Notes under the pieces: model-generated | The model's input: only the letters and a program-made list of their open reading frames with translations | Database searches by the model: none | Told to the model about the DNA's origin: nothing | Program-made: the position numbers and the translations under genes | Source of the DNA: Chiloscyllium plagiosum | Taxonomy: Eukaryota | Assembly (NCBI RefSeq): GCF_004010195.1 | Contig: NC_057719.1 | Span: 20,922,881 to 20,975,211, forward strand | Direction: 5' to 3' | DNA: 52,331 nucleotides | Shown here: positions 38,238 through 49,237 of the stretch, piece after piece | Layout of the letters: each line of letters starts with the position of its first letter | Numbering within the stretch: position 1 is the first letter of the stretch

Positions 38238-38705
38238 AAAGCACAGCAGAACAGGCAGCATCCAAGGAGCAGGAGAATCAACATTTCGGGTAAGAGCCCT
38301 TCATCAGGAATGAGGCTTGTGATCCGAGGGGGTAGAGAGATAAATGGGAGGGGGAGATGGGACTGGGGGGAAGGTAGCTGGAAGTGCGATAGGTAGATGA
38401 AGGTGAGGGTAAAGATGATAGGTCAGAGAGGAGGTTGATGCGGATAGGTGGGAAGGAAGAAGGACAGGTAGGACATGTCATGAGGGTGGTGCCGAGTTGG
38501 AAGGTTGGATCTGGGATAACGACAGGGACAGGGAAATGAGGAAACTAGTGAAATCCACATTGATATCCTGTGGTTGGAGGGTCCCATGGTGAAAGATGAG
38601 GTGTTCTTCCTCTGGGCATCGGGTGGTTAGGATAAGGCAGTGGACTGTCATTTCTCCTGTTCCTTGGAGGCTGCCTGACCTGCTGTGCTTTTCCAGCACC
38701 ACACT
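38238..38705 (-). mobile_element. PLE 3' fragment (family B) with short inverted terminus
   Basis: EEEHLIFHHGTLQPQDINVDF, a hammerhead at 38280-38307 on the minus strand, and an inverted arm at ~38653-38705. Confidence 0.85.
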
Positions 38706-39494
38706 CCCATCTCAAACAAGTGTGCTGTTTTAGAAAATATACGGGGTGATGAACTCTCAGGGGAATGTAGCACAAACAGCCAAATTTCTGCTACTAAGAA
38801 TGGTTCTAATGTAATGAGGGGTATGTCAAGTTCAAAGCAATCGATTGTGATAGGGGACTCTCTAGTCAGTGGTAGAGACAGACAGTAGCTGGCAGTGAGA
38901 AATCAGGATGATGTGTTGCCACCCTGGCGTCAGGACCAAGGTTATCTCAGAGAAGGTGCAGAATGTTATCAAACAGGAGAAGGACCAGCAGGAGATTCTT
39001 GGACACATTGGCACTAATGATATAGGAAGAGAAAAGGATGAGATTCAGAAGGGAGAATATAGAAAGTTAGGCAGGAATTTAAAAAGGAGTTCCTCAAGGG
39101 TAGTAATAGCTGGATTACTCCTGGTGCTACGAGTTAGTGAGGGTAGGAATAGGAGGTTAGAGCAGATGGATGTGTGGCTGAGGAGGTGCTGCAGGGGAGA
39201 AGGGATAACATTTTTTGGATCATTGGAATTTTGTCTGGGATAGAAGTGACCTGTACAAGAAGGGCAGATTGCACCTGAACTGGAAGGGGACAAATAGACT
39301 GATAGGGAGATTTGCTAGAGCTGCTCGGGAGGATTTATAATTGTAAGGTAGGGGTGGGACCCAGGAAGACAGTGAGGAACGAGATCAATCTGAGACTGGT
39401 ATGATTCGGAGATGCCGGTGTTGGACTGGGGTGTACAAAGTTAAAAATCACACAACACCAGGTTATAGTCCAACAGGTTTAATTGGAAGCACAC

Positions 39495-39523
39495 TAGCTT
39501 TCGGAGCAACGCTCCTTCATCAG
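39495..39523 (-). ncRNA. Minimal hammerhead ribozyme motif, intact
   Basis: Reverse strand reads CTGATGA-A-GGAGC GTT GCTCC-GAAAG-CTA, flanked by cac/gtg (stem I). Confidence 0.8.
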
Positions 39524-40660
39524 GTGATTGTGGAGGGCTCGATCGTAACACAGAATTTATAGCAAAAATTTACAAGTGTGATGTAACTGAAATTATACAT
39601 TGAAAAATACCTTGATTNNNNNNNNNNNNNNNNNNNNNNNNNNNNNNNNNNNNNNNNNNNNNNNNNNNNNNNNNNNNNNNNNNNNNNNNNNNNNNNNNNN
39701 NNNNNNNNNNNNNNNNNNNNNNNNNNNNNNNNNNNNNNNNNNNNNNNNNNNNNNNNNNNNNNNNNNNNNNNNNNNNNNNNNNNNNNNNNNNNNNNNNNNN
39801 NNNNNNNNNNNNNNNNNNNNNNNNNNNNNNNNNNNNNNNNNNNNNNNNNNNNNNNNNNNNNNNNNNNNNNNNNNNNNNNNNNNNNNNNNNNNNNNNNNNN
39901 NNNNNNNNNNNNNNNNNNNNNNNNNNNNNNNNNNNNNNNNNNNNNNNNNNNNNNNNNNNNNNNNNNNNNNNNNNNNNNNNNNNNNNNNNNNNNNNNNNNN
40001 NNNNNNNNNNNNNNNNNNNNNNNNNNNNNNNNNNNNNNNNNNNNNNNNNNNNNNNNNNNNNNNNNNNNNNNNNNNNNNNNNNNNNNNNNNNNNNNNNNNN
40101 NNNNNNNNNNNNNNNNNNNNNNNNNNNNNNNNNNNNNNNNNNNNNNNNNNNNNNNNNNNNNNNNNNNNNNNNNNNNNNNNNNNNNNNNNNNNNNNNNNNN
40201 NNNNNNNNNNNNNNNNNNNNNNNNNNNNNNNNNNNNNNNNNNNNNNNNNNNNNNNNNNNNNNNNNNNNNNNNNNNNNNNNNNNNNNNNNNNNNNNNNNNN
40301 NNNNNNNNNNNNNNNNNNNNNNNNNNNNNNNNNNNNNNNNNNNNNNNNNNNNNNNNNNNNNNNNNNNNNNNNNNNNNNNNNNNNTGGAATCAATCTAAAC
40401 ATTAGGTCATAGACAGAGAACACAGGGGGCTAACACCTTCAACATATTGTCTAGCTATCACCATTGTTAACAGCTAACCTGAGAATGCAACTTTAAAAAA
40501 GTGTTTTGTGATTTACACATGAAAGAAGTGAAGCTATCACTGTATTCTAACAGATGAAAGGCTTAACAGATAATCAATTCTTCAATGTATAATTTCAGTT
40601 ACATCACACTGCAAATATTTGCTATAAATTCTGTGTTACGATCGAGCCCTCCACAATCAC

Positions 40661-40689
40661 CTGATGAAGGAGCGTTGCTCCGAAAGCTA
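40661..40689 (+). ncRNA. Minimal hammerhead ribozyme motif, intact
   Basis: cac-CTGATGA-A-GGAGC GTT GCTCC-GAAAG-CTA-gtg, with palindromic AGCT mini stem III and CUA triplet. Confidence 0.8.
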
Positions 40690-42395
40690 GTGTGCTTCCA
40701 ATTAAACCTGTTGGACTATAACCTGGTGTTGTGTGATTTTTAACTTTGAGACTGGTATAGTTGGGAAAAGGAACTAGTCAAACAGTCAGGGCAGCAGGAA
40801 CAAAGCAGAGAACAAGGTGGGTCTAATAAATTAAACTGCATTTATTTCAATACAAGGGGCCTAACAGGGAAGGCAGATGAACTCAGGGCATAATTAGGAA
40901 CATGGGACTGGGATATTATAGCAATTACAGAAATATGGCTCAGGGATGGACAGGACTGGCAGCTTAATGTTCCAGATACAAATGCTACAGGAAGGATAGA
41001 AAGGGAAGAAAGAGAGGAGGGGGAATGGCTTTTTGATAAGGGAGAGCATTAAGCTGTACGGAGGGAGGATATTCCTGGAAATACATCCAGGGAAGTTATG
41101 TGGGTGGAACTGAGAAATAAGATAGGGATGAACACCTTATTGGGATTGTACTGTAGTCAGTGGGAAATTGAGAAACAAATTTGTAAGGAGATCTCAGACA
41201 TCTGTAAGAATAATTGGGTGGTTATGGTAGGGGATTTTAACTTTCCAAACAGAGACTGGGACTGTCATAGCGTCAAGGGTTTAGATGGAGAGAAATTTGT
41301 TCAATGTGTACAAGAAAAAATTCTGATTCAGTATGTCGATGGACCTACTAGAGAAGGTGCAAAACTTGACCAACTCTTGGGAAATAAGGCAGGGCAGGTG
41401 ACTGAGGTGTCAGTGGGGGAGAACTTTGGGGCCAACGCCCATAATTCTATTAGTTTTAAAATAATGATGGAAAAGGATAGATCAGATCTAAAAGTTGAAG
41501 TTCTAAATTAGAGGAAGGCTAATTTTGATGGTATGAGGCAAGAACTTTCGAAAGCTGATTGGGGGCAGATGTTCACAGGTAAAGGGATGGCTGGAAAATG
41601 GGAAGCCTTCAGAAATGAGATAACGAGAATCCAGAGAAAGTATATTCCTGTTAGGGTGAAAGGAAAGGCTGGTAGGTATAGGGAATGCTGGATGACTAAC
41701 GAAATTGAGTGTTTGGCTAAAAAAAGAAGGAAGCATATGTCACGTATAGACAGGAGAGATCGAGTGAAGTCTTACAAGAGAATAAAGGCAGTAAGAGTAT
41801 ACTTAAGAGGGAAATCAGAAGGGCAAAAAGGGGACATGAGATAGCCATGGCAATTTGGGTTAAGGAAAATCCAAAAGGTTTTTACAAATACATTAAGGAC
41901 AGAGGGTAACTAGGGAGTGAATAAGGCCCTTCTAAGATCAGCAAGGTGGCCTATGTGTGGAGCCTCAGGAGATGGGGGAGATATTAAATTAGTATTTTGC
42001 ATCAGTGTTAACTGTAGAAAAGTACATGGAAAATATAGAATGTATGGAAATAGATGGTGACACCTTGAAAAATATCCATATTATAGAGGAGGAAGTGCTG
42101 AATGTCTTAAAACACACAAAGGTGGATAAATCCCCAGGATCTGATCAGATGTACCCTCAAACACTGTGTGAAGCTAGGGAAATGATGCTGGGCCCCTTGC
42201 TGAGATATTAGTATCACTGAAGTCATAGGTGAGCTGCCGGAAGACTGGAGGTTGGCTAATGTGGTACTACTATTTAAGAAAGGTGGTAATGAAAGGCCAA
42301 GGAATTACAGACCTGTGAGCCTGACATCGGGGTGGTGGGGAAGTTGTTGGAGGGAATCCTGAGGGACAGCATTTACATGCATTTGGAAAGGCAAG

Positions 42396-42607
42396 AACTC
42401 TATGATACTTTCTCCCCACCCCCACCCCCACCCCCCTCTCATTTATCTCTCCACTCTGCAGGCACCCTGCCTCTATTCCTGATGAAGGGCTTTTGCCCGA
42501 AACCTCGATTTTCCTGCTCCTCGGATGCTGGCTGACCTGCTGTGCTTTTCCAGCACCACTCTAATCTAGACTCTGGTTTCCAGCATCTGCAGTCCTTGTT
42601 TTTGCCT
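42396..42607 (+). mobile_element. PLE terminus (family B) inserted in CR1 ORF2
   Basis: Hammerhead CTGATGA-A-GGGCTTTTGCCC-GAAAC-CTC at 42479-42506. CR1 reading resumes at aaggactgattagg. Confidence 0.85.
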
Positions 42608-43326
42608 AAGGACTGATTAGGGATAATCAACATGGCTTTGTATGTGAGAAATTATGTCTCACTAACATGATTGAGTTTTTTGAAGAAGTCACAAGAGGAT
42701 TAATGAGGGCAGAATAGTGCATGTAAGGCTTTCGACAGGTTCCTCATGGTTAGCAAGGTTAGATCACATGGAATACAGGGAGAACAAGCCATTTGTACAG
42801 AACTGGCTGGAAGGTAGAAGACAGAGGGTGGTGGTGGAGAGTTCCTTTCCAGTCCAGAGGCCTGTGACCAGTGGTGTGCCACAAGGATCGGTGCTGGGTC
42901 CACTGCTTTTTGTAATTTATATACATGATTTGAATGTGAACATAGGAAGAAGAGTTATTAATTTTGCAAATGACACCAAAATTGAAGGTGTAATGAATAG
43001 CGAAGAAATATCCTCAGAGTTCAAGGTGATCTTGATCGGATGGGCCAATGGGTTGAGGAGTGGCAGATGAAGTCTGATTTAGATAAATGTGAGGTGCTGC
43101 ATTTTGGAAAGGCAGGTCAATGCAGGACTTCTACCCTTAAGGGTAAAGTCATGGGGAGTGTTTCTAACCAAAGAGACCTTGGAGTGTCGGTTCATAGTTC
43201 CTTGGAAGTGGAGTTGCAGGTAGATACAGTAGTGAAGAAGGCATTTGGTATGCTTTCATTTATTAGTCAGAGCATTAAGTATAGGAGTTGGGAGGTCATG
43301 TTGCGACTGTACAAAACATTGTTAAG

Positions 43327-43434
43327 AGTGTGGTGCTGGAATTGCACTGCAGGTCAGGCAGCATCTGAGGAGCAGAAACATCAGCACCACACTCTCGACT
43401 CTGATCTCCAGCATCTGCAATCTTCACTTTCTCC
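43327..43434. mobile_element. Collapsed fold-back PLE mini-element in CR1 ORF2
   Basis: agagtgtggtgctg / cagcaccacactct inverted arms and a ~20-bp imperfect TSD ctgtacaaaacattgttaag (43307-43326) / ctgtacaagacattggttagg (43435-43455). Confidence 0.82.
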
Positions 43435-43674
43435 CTGTACAAGACATTGGTTAGGCAACTTTTGGAATACTGTATGCAATTCTGGTCTCTCCTCTCGGAA
43501 GGAGGTTGTGAAACTTGAAAGAGTTCAGAAACGATTTACAAGGATGTTGCCAGTGTTGGAGGATTTGAGCTGTAAGGCAAGACTGAATAGGCTGAGGCTG
43601 TTTCCCTTTGAGCATCGGAGGCTGAGTGTGACCTTATAGACCTTATTTATAAAATCATGAGGCGCATGGAGAAC

Positions 43675-45777
43675 GTAAATAGACAAGATCTTTTCCATGG
43701 GGTCGGAGAGTCCAGAACTAGAGGGCATAGGTTCAGGGTGAAAGGGGAAAAATTTAAATGGGAGCTAAGGGGCAACATTTTCACACGGGAGTGGTGTGTA
43801 TATGGAATTAACTGCTGGAGGAAGTAGTGGAAGCTGGTATAATTACAACATTTAAAAGGCATCCAGATGGGTATTTGACTAGGAAGGGTTTAGAGGGATA
43901 AAGGCCAAATGCTGGCAAATGAGACAAGATTAAGTTGGGATATCTGGTTGACATGGACAAGTTGGACCGAAGGCCCTGTTTCCATGCTGTGCATCTCTGT
44001 GACTCTATGACTCTCAGATCTGCCAGACCTGGAATTATAACAGTGCCACTGGGAGGAGTGGCCATTGTTAGAACTACAGACAGTCCAATGAGGTGAAGTC
44101 TCAGGCCAGAGTGGAGGTAATTGTCAGGGATATGGGAGGAGAGGTGAGGAGAGGGAGAGATGACTGGACCGATGGAGCACCAAGGGGAAGCAGATCTTGG
44201 GATTGTTTTGTGAGGGCCCGGTATTGATAGAAAACGAATTGCGAAAAAGATCAAAGGCATGAATTCCCTAGGTTTCCCAGCTGAGCATGAGTTGACCTAC
44301 CAAGCAACATCTCTTCCATCTCCTTGCACCAAGCCATTTCTAACCTCCTCTGTCTGTTCTCAAAATTAAGACTGAGTGAAAAGGCACTCCAGGCCATCCT
44401 AGACTTACACTGGACCGAGTCTACCCCTTTTAAATTGAGAATCGGTGAGGAGCAGGCAAGAGGGTAGTGGGAAGAACATTTGAGTCATTTTAGGGACACC
44501 CACAACTAGAATTATGCTGGTAGGGGCCTGTAAAGTTCTGCCAAGAGCTGCTGAGCTTGGGTCTGAGAATTAGACATGGTGGGACACTAAGTGGCAAGTG
44601 TAACCTGAGGACATTGTTCCAAGAGGCAATCACACCTGTTAGATTCAGTCGAGGTTTAAAAGATTGCAGGGTGGTAAACAAATTGACTATAGTCATAGAG
44701 ATCAATTCGAGCAGAGGAAGTGAAAAATTAAGTGGTAGGAATGGGGAGAATATTGGAGAAAATGAGGACTGCAGATGTTGGAGATCAGAATCAAAAAGTG
44801 TGGCGCTGGAAAAGCACAGCAGTTCAGGCAGCAGCTGCGGAGCAGGAGAGTCGATGTTTTGAACATAAGCCCTTCATCAGGAAAGTGTGTGGGGTGGGAT
44901 TGGGGGTGCTGAGAGGAGAGGGGAGGGGCTGGGCAGAAGATAGCCAGGAATGCGATACGTAGATGAACGTGGTGGGTGATGGTGATAGGTCGGAGCGGAG
45001 GGTGGAGCGGATAGGTGGGAAGGAAGATGGACAGGTAGGATAGTTCAAGAGGGCAGTACTGAGTTGGAGGGTTGGATCTGGGATAAGGTGGGGGGAGGCG
45101 GGGTTGAGTAAAATGCTGCTGAAATCGACAGTGATGCTGTGTAGTCGGAGAATCCCAAGATGAGGTGTTCTTCCTCCAGGTGTTGGTTGGCTAGGATTTG
45201 TCCCGTGTGGTTGAAGGGGACACCATAGTTAGGGGACTGTAGAGAAATCCCTGCAGCCATGTCTGCGAGTTACCAACCAAGCCCTCATGACTGGTGGAGA
45301 TGAATCATGAGCAAGAGGGGAAGGATCCAATTGTTGTTGTCCATGAAGGAATCTATGAAATAAATCGAACTAAGAATAACATTTTGCAATGGGTGTTTGA
45401 AGAATTATGATCCAAATTAGAATGTAAAATCTGAAAGGTCATAATTTTGAATTGTTAACTAAACCATTTATCAATTTGCAAAAGGATTAACAAATTGGAA
45501 GGTGAGACATGTAACTGCACTATTACTTAGTAGGTCACTAGAACCAGTATTGAGAAAAGAGGAAGCTATTCCGCTGAGATGGGCTCCTGGTAAATTGTGG
45601 TCAATCAAATAACTAGAGCAGCACTAATAAAAAAAGAAATGAGTGGAGGAATTTGGAGAATAGTAAATTGAAGAGCAATCGAAGAAATACCTCTGGAGCA
45701 GAGTAAAACGGTGTTTGGGGGATAAAAAATCGTAAAACACCAGGACCAGGAAAGCACAAGGTCAAAGGGCATTAGTG
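43675..45777 (-). repeat. Right arm of ~2.1 kb inverted duplication
   Basis: Ends aaagcacaaggtcaaagggcattagtg, the reverse complement of cactaatgccttttgaccttgtgcttt at 34382. Confidence 0.92.
44755..45208 (-). mobile_element. PLE 3' fragment (family B), absent from the left arm
   Basis: LEEEHLILG, a decayed hammerhead at 44853-44880, and terminus ggagaaaatgaggactgcagatg. Confidence 0.82.
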
Positions 45778-46251
45778 ATACCAGGCAAAGTGAGAACAAG
45801 AAAGTCAAAGCCTAAGGCACTATTTCTGAAAGCAGAAACTATTTGGAACAGATTACATGAATTAATAGCTCAGACGGAAACTTAAATTAATAGCTTCAAT
45901 TTAACCGGCATGGTAGAAATGGTGCTGCATTGCCATTATTGTTCAGCCCTGCCTCAACCAATGGGCACTATAGGCACAGGGGTACAAAATCATCCCACAA
46001 AATGATATTTTGATCAAGTTTCCTTTCTGGTTTGATTTTTGTTACATTGCCCCCTTAAGTGGCTAATCAATTATAATATATTTCAATTTGGTTTATTTTT
46101 ATCAATTCTGCTATTCATTTGAAATAGTAGAATTGAGGATGCAAAGTGAGTGAGGTCGAGAACATAAATCTTCCAGGATGCTTCCAGGTAGGTGGCACTG
46201 TGGCTCAGTGGTTAGCACTGCTACCTCACAGCACTAGGGGTCCGGGTTTGA

Positions 46252-46580
46252 GACTGGGCGCTTCCTAGCAGAGCGCTTTAGGGAACATCTCCGGGACACC
46301 TGCACCAATCAACCAAACCGCCCCGTGGCCCAACATTTCAATTCCCCCTCCCACTCTGCCGAGGACATGGAGGTCCTGGGCTTCCTTCACCGCCGCTCCC
46401 TCACNNNNNNNNNNNNNNNNNNNNNNNNNNNNNNNNNNNNNNNNNNNNCTAGCTTATCTCTCCATGTTTCAGGCTCTCTGCCTTTATTCCTGATGAAGGG
46501 CTTTTGCCCGAAACGTCGATTTTGCTGCTCGTCGGATGCTGCCTGAATTGCTGTGCTCTTCCAGCACCACTGATCCAGAA
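46252..46580 (+). mobile_element. PLE fragment (family B): GIY-YIG part plus hammerhead terminus
   Basis: ETGRFLAERFREHLRDTCTNQPNRPVAQHFN and an 11-bp TSD tccgggtttga (46241-46251, 46581-46591). Confidence 0.9.
46490..46517 (+). ncRNA. Minimal hammerhead ribozyme motif, intact core
   Basis: CTGATGA-A-GGGC TTTT GCCC-GAAAC-GTC. Confidence 0.8.
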
Positions 46581-47869
46581 TCCGGGTTTGATCCCAGCCT
46601 TGGGAATTGGTGGAATTTGCACATCCCCCCATGTCTGTGTGGTTTTCTTCTACAATCCGAAAGATGTCCAGGTTAGCTGAATTGGCCAAGCTAAATTTTC
46701 TTGTGTTCAAGGATGTGTTGGTTAGGTGAATTCGTCGGGGGTACATTTAGAATAATGGGGAATGGGTTGGGTGGAATACTCTTCGGAGGGTCTGTGTGGA
46801 CTTGTTGGGCCGAATGGCCTGTTTCCACAGTGTAGGAATTCTAATACTTAGCTTTTTGAAGGAATGGGAAAAATGATACAGGAAGTGGGGTGATTTGCTA
46901 ATAAAAGATGGGAGACAGACAGCAGAGAGAAGAGGATTTTGGATCAAAACATCAGGAAGTAGAAACACGTTAGGTTAAGCGAAGAAGCAGCAGAAACATT
47001 AAACTTTTAGAGAGATGCTTACAGGCCCCTTAACAGTAGTTGTAGTGTCAGGATGAGTATAAATCAGGAATTTACAGGTGTACATAATGATGACAAAATA
47101 TAAAATGGTGTAAAATGGAGTCTTTAACCTTCAAGTCAACTGGAAATATCAAATTTACAATAAGGCAATGGAAGGTGGGTTCAGAGAGTATACACAAGTT
47201 CTTCCTTTCTCAGCATGTCAAGAAACTAACTTTAGAAAATGATTTCAAGTGGTGCAATGAGAAAGGGTTGATTAAAAGCCTTGTGCTAAAAAAGCATTTA
47301 GGAAAGAGTGACAAAATATAAACCTCTACTTTTGTCCTCCTGTCTCACCATGGACCACTCCATCCCTGATAAAACCTGGCCAATCAGGTTTGTGAACAGC
47401 CTTCTGCCCAGATGTCATTTGTGACTGTTACATGACAAATTAATGCCCACCTATGGGCCTCATCCTGCCACTGTTGCCATTAAACAAATGGCAGGCATGA
47501 GACGGGGGGTTGAGGGTGAAATGACAAGCTAAAAATACCTTTTTTAGGTTTCCTTGTGGCCCTGTGGTCCACTAGAGTTTGGTCCCTCATTCACAGGCAC
47601 TCGTATCTGGTCACAAGACTGTCATTTACAAAGGGATATCTTGCTGAAAGGCAACGCACTTTCTTTCCCTTTGAAATCCTCTCTGTCAAATCTCACCTGC
47701 AATTCCCATTTCACCTTCACTGACCTTTCTCTAGGGATCTAGCGATGGCTACTGGTGAATGCCCAGGTGAATTACTGGAATCAGCTATCAATATTAATTT
47801 GCAATACCAGCTTTTTTAAATTTTATTCACATAAGTTGAGCATCGCTGCTCGGTTAGAACATCTTTTCC

Positions 47870-48330
47870 CATCCCTCAATAGATCATCTTTCATTCTTTG
47901 AAACTCCAGGAAATTTGGGTCTAGATATTCAATCTCTCCTCACAGATCAGTCACCTCATTCCCAGAAGCAGTCTGGTGAACCTTAATTGCCCTCCTTGGA
48001 TATGAAGATAAAGGCTGTATGCAGGTGTGGCCTCAGGAATGTCCTTTGTAATTGTAATAAGATTTCTCTACTTGTATACTCTAATCTATTTGTTGTAGAA
48101 ATATTGCACTGTTTTCCCACCTAGTTGCTCGCTGTGTCTGCATATTAACTTCCTTTGATTCATGTAAAAGCATAGCTAGGCCCCTCGAAGTGCAACATTT
48201 TCTACATACTGATGTTAGGCTGACTAGCCAAAGGTTGTCTATTTTTGCTTTCCCTCCTTTTTATGTCCTGAGGGAATGTTTGCTATTCTCCAATCCCTAG
48301 AAACTGCTGTAAAATTTAAGAAATATTCTG
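47870..48330 (-). mobile_element. Very old CR1 remnant
   Basis: Degenerate match to 2520-2840 and 3500-3640 type sequence. Confidence 0.55.
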
Positions 48331-48467
48331 GGAGATCAAAACCAATGGACTTCTGTGGCTTCCATTTTTAAACCCACGATGACATAAAATCAGCTCCAAC
48401 TGTTTACTGCGGCTTAGTCCCGTTCATTTCTGTGGATAATATTTCTTACACTAACTTCTTTAAGATC

Positions 48468-49237
48468 ATGACGTGGAGGTGCCGGTGTTGGACTGAGCTG
48501 GACAAAGTTCAAAATCACACAACACCAGGTGATAGTCCAACAGGTTTATTTGGAAGCACTAGCTTTCCGAGAGGTGCTCCTTCCTCAGGTAACGAGTGGG
48601 GCAGGGTCATAAGACACAGAATTTATTGCAACAGATCAAAGTGTCGTGCAATTAAAATGATGTACTGAACAAACCCAGATTGTCGTAAGGTCTTTCATCT
48701 TATAAAATGGGTTGCAGGTTTCGGTTCATTAACATGTAAATTCCAGAACATCTTTTAAGCCACCTTCTCGAGGTAACTTAAGGTTTTTATTAAAAAAATG
48801 ACCCTCAACTCAATGTATTAAAGGTGTGAGATTAGAGTGTCTGTATCCCAATCTAGAGTCAGACTGATTCTATTTCCAAAATAGGAATTAAAAAAAAAAT
48901 GTTACATGGCTTGACTGCCTGCAGGTTGTGTGCTATTTGAGCAAAATTAGAATGAATCTGCAAATACAATCGTGCAAATGCAAATTCACCCAATAGACTT
49001 ATCTGTGTGTGTGTGTGCATGTGAGGGGAAGAGAGAGAGTGAGTGAGTGTGTGCAATCTAGGTTTATTCAATATATCATTTGAATTGCATGACATTGAGA
49101 TCTTTTTCTACAAATTCTGCAAAAGATCTCAGTGTCATGCTCCACTCGTTACCTGAGGAAGGAGCACCTCTCGGAAAGCTAGTGCTTCCAAATAAACCTT
49201 TTGGACTATAACCTGGTGTTGCGATTTTTAAACTTTT
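48468..49237 (-). mobile_element. 770-bp non-coding PLE derivative (family A) with inverted hammerhead-bearing termini
   Basis: ~48505-48599 is the reverse complement of ~49142-49236. Hammerheads at 48560-48588(-) and 49153-49181(+). 9-bp TSD tttaagatc (48459-48467, 49238-49246). Confidence 0.88.

Larger units (their letters stand above)
39403..40746 (-). mobile_element. Young PLE-type element (family A) with ~170-bp inverted termini, each with a hammerhead; gap 39618-40384 inside
   Basis: 39437-39605 is the near-perfect reverse complement of 40580-40747, with a 34-nt one-sided extension at 39403-39436. 12-bp TSD tgagactggtat (39391-39402, 40747-40758). Confidence 0.9.
38720..44013 (+). mobile_element. 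Near full-length decayed CR1 LINE: SGNH/GDSL esterase-type ORF1 and APE endonuclease-RT ORF2; three PLE insertions inside
   Basis: ORF1 has IVIGDSLV, CCHPGVR, HIGTNDIG and LHLNWKG. ORF2 has [59 protein letters not shown] and FANDTK. Tail gactctatgactct. Confidence 0.93.
46194..46845 (+). mobile_element. HE1-like SINE split in its B box by a PLE insertion
   Basis: Head ggcactgtggctcagtggttagcactgc; the body resumes at 46581 and ends cacagtgtaggaattcta. Confidence 0.85.

Noticed and set aside
34382..45777. Giant TIR transposon (Polinton or Foldback type) as explanation of the inverted arms
   Set aside because: There is no TSD, no terminal motif and no transposase, integrase or polymerase in the core, and the arms include a CR1 junction.
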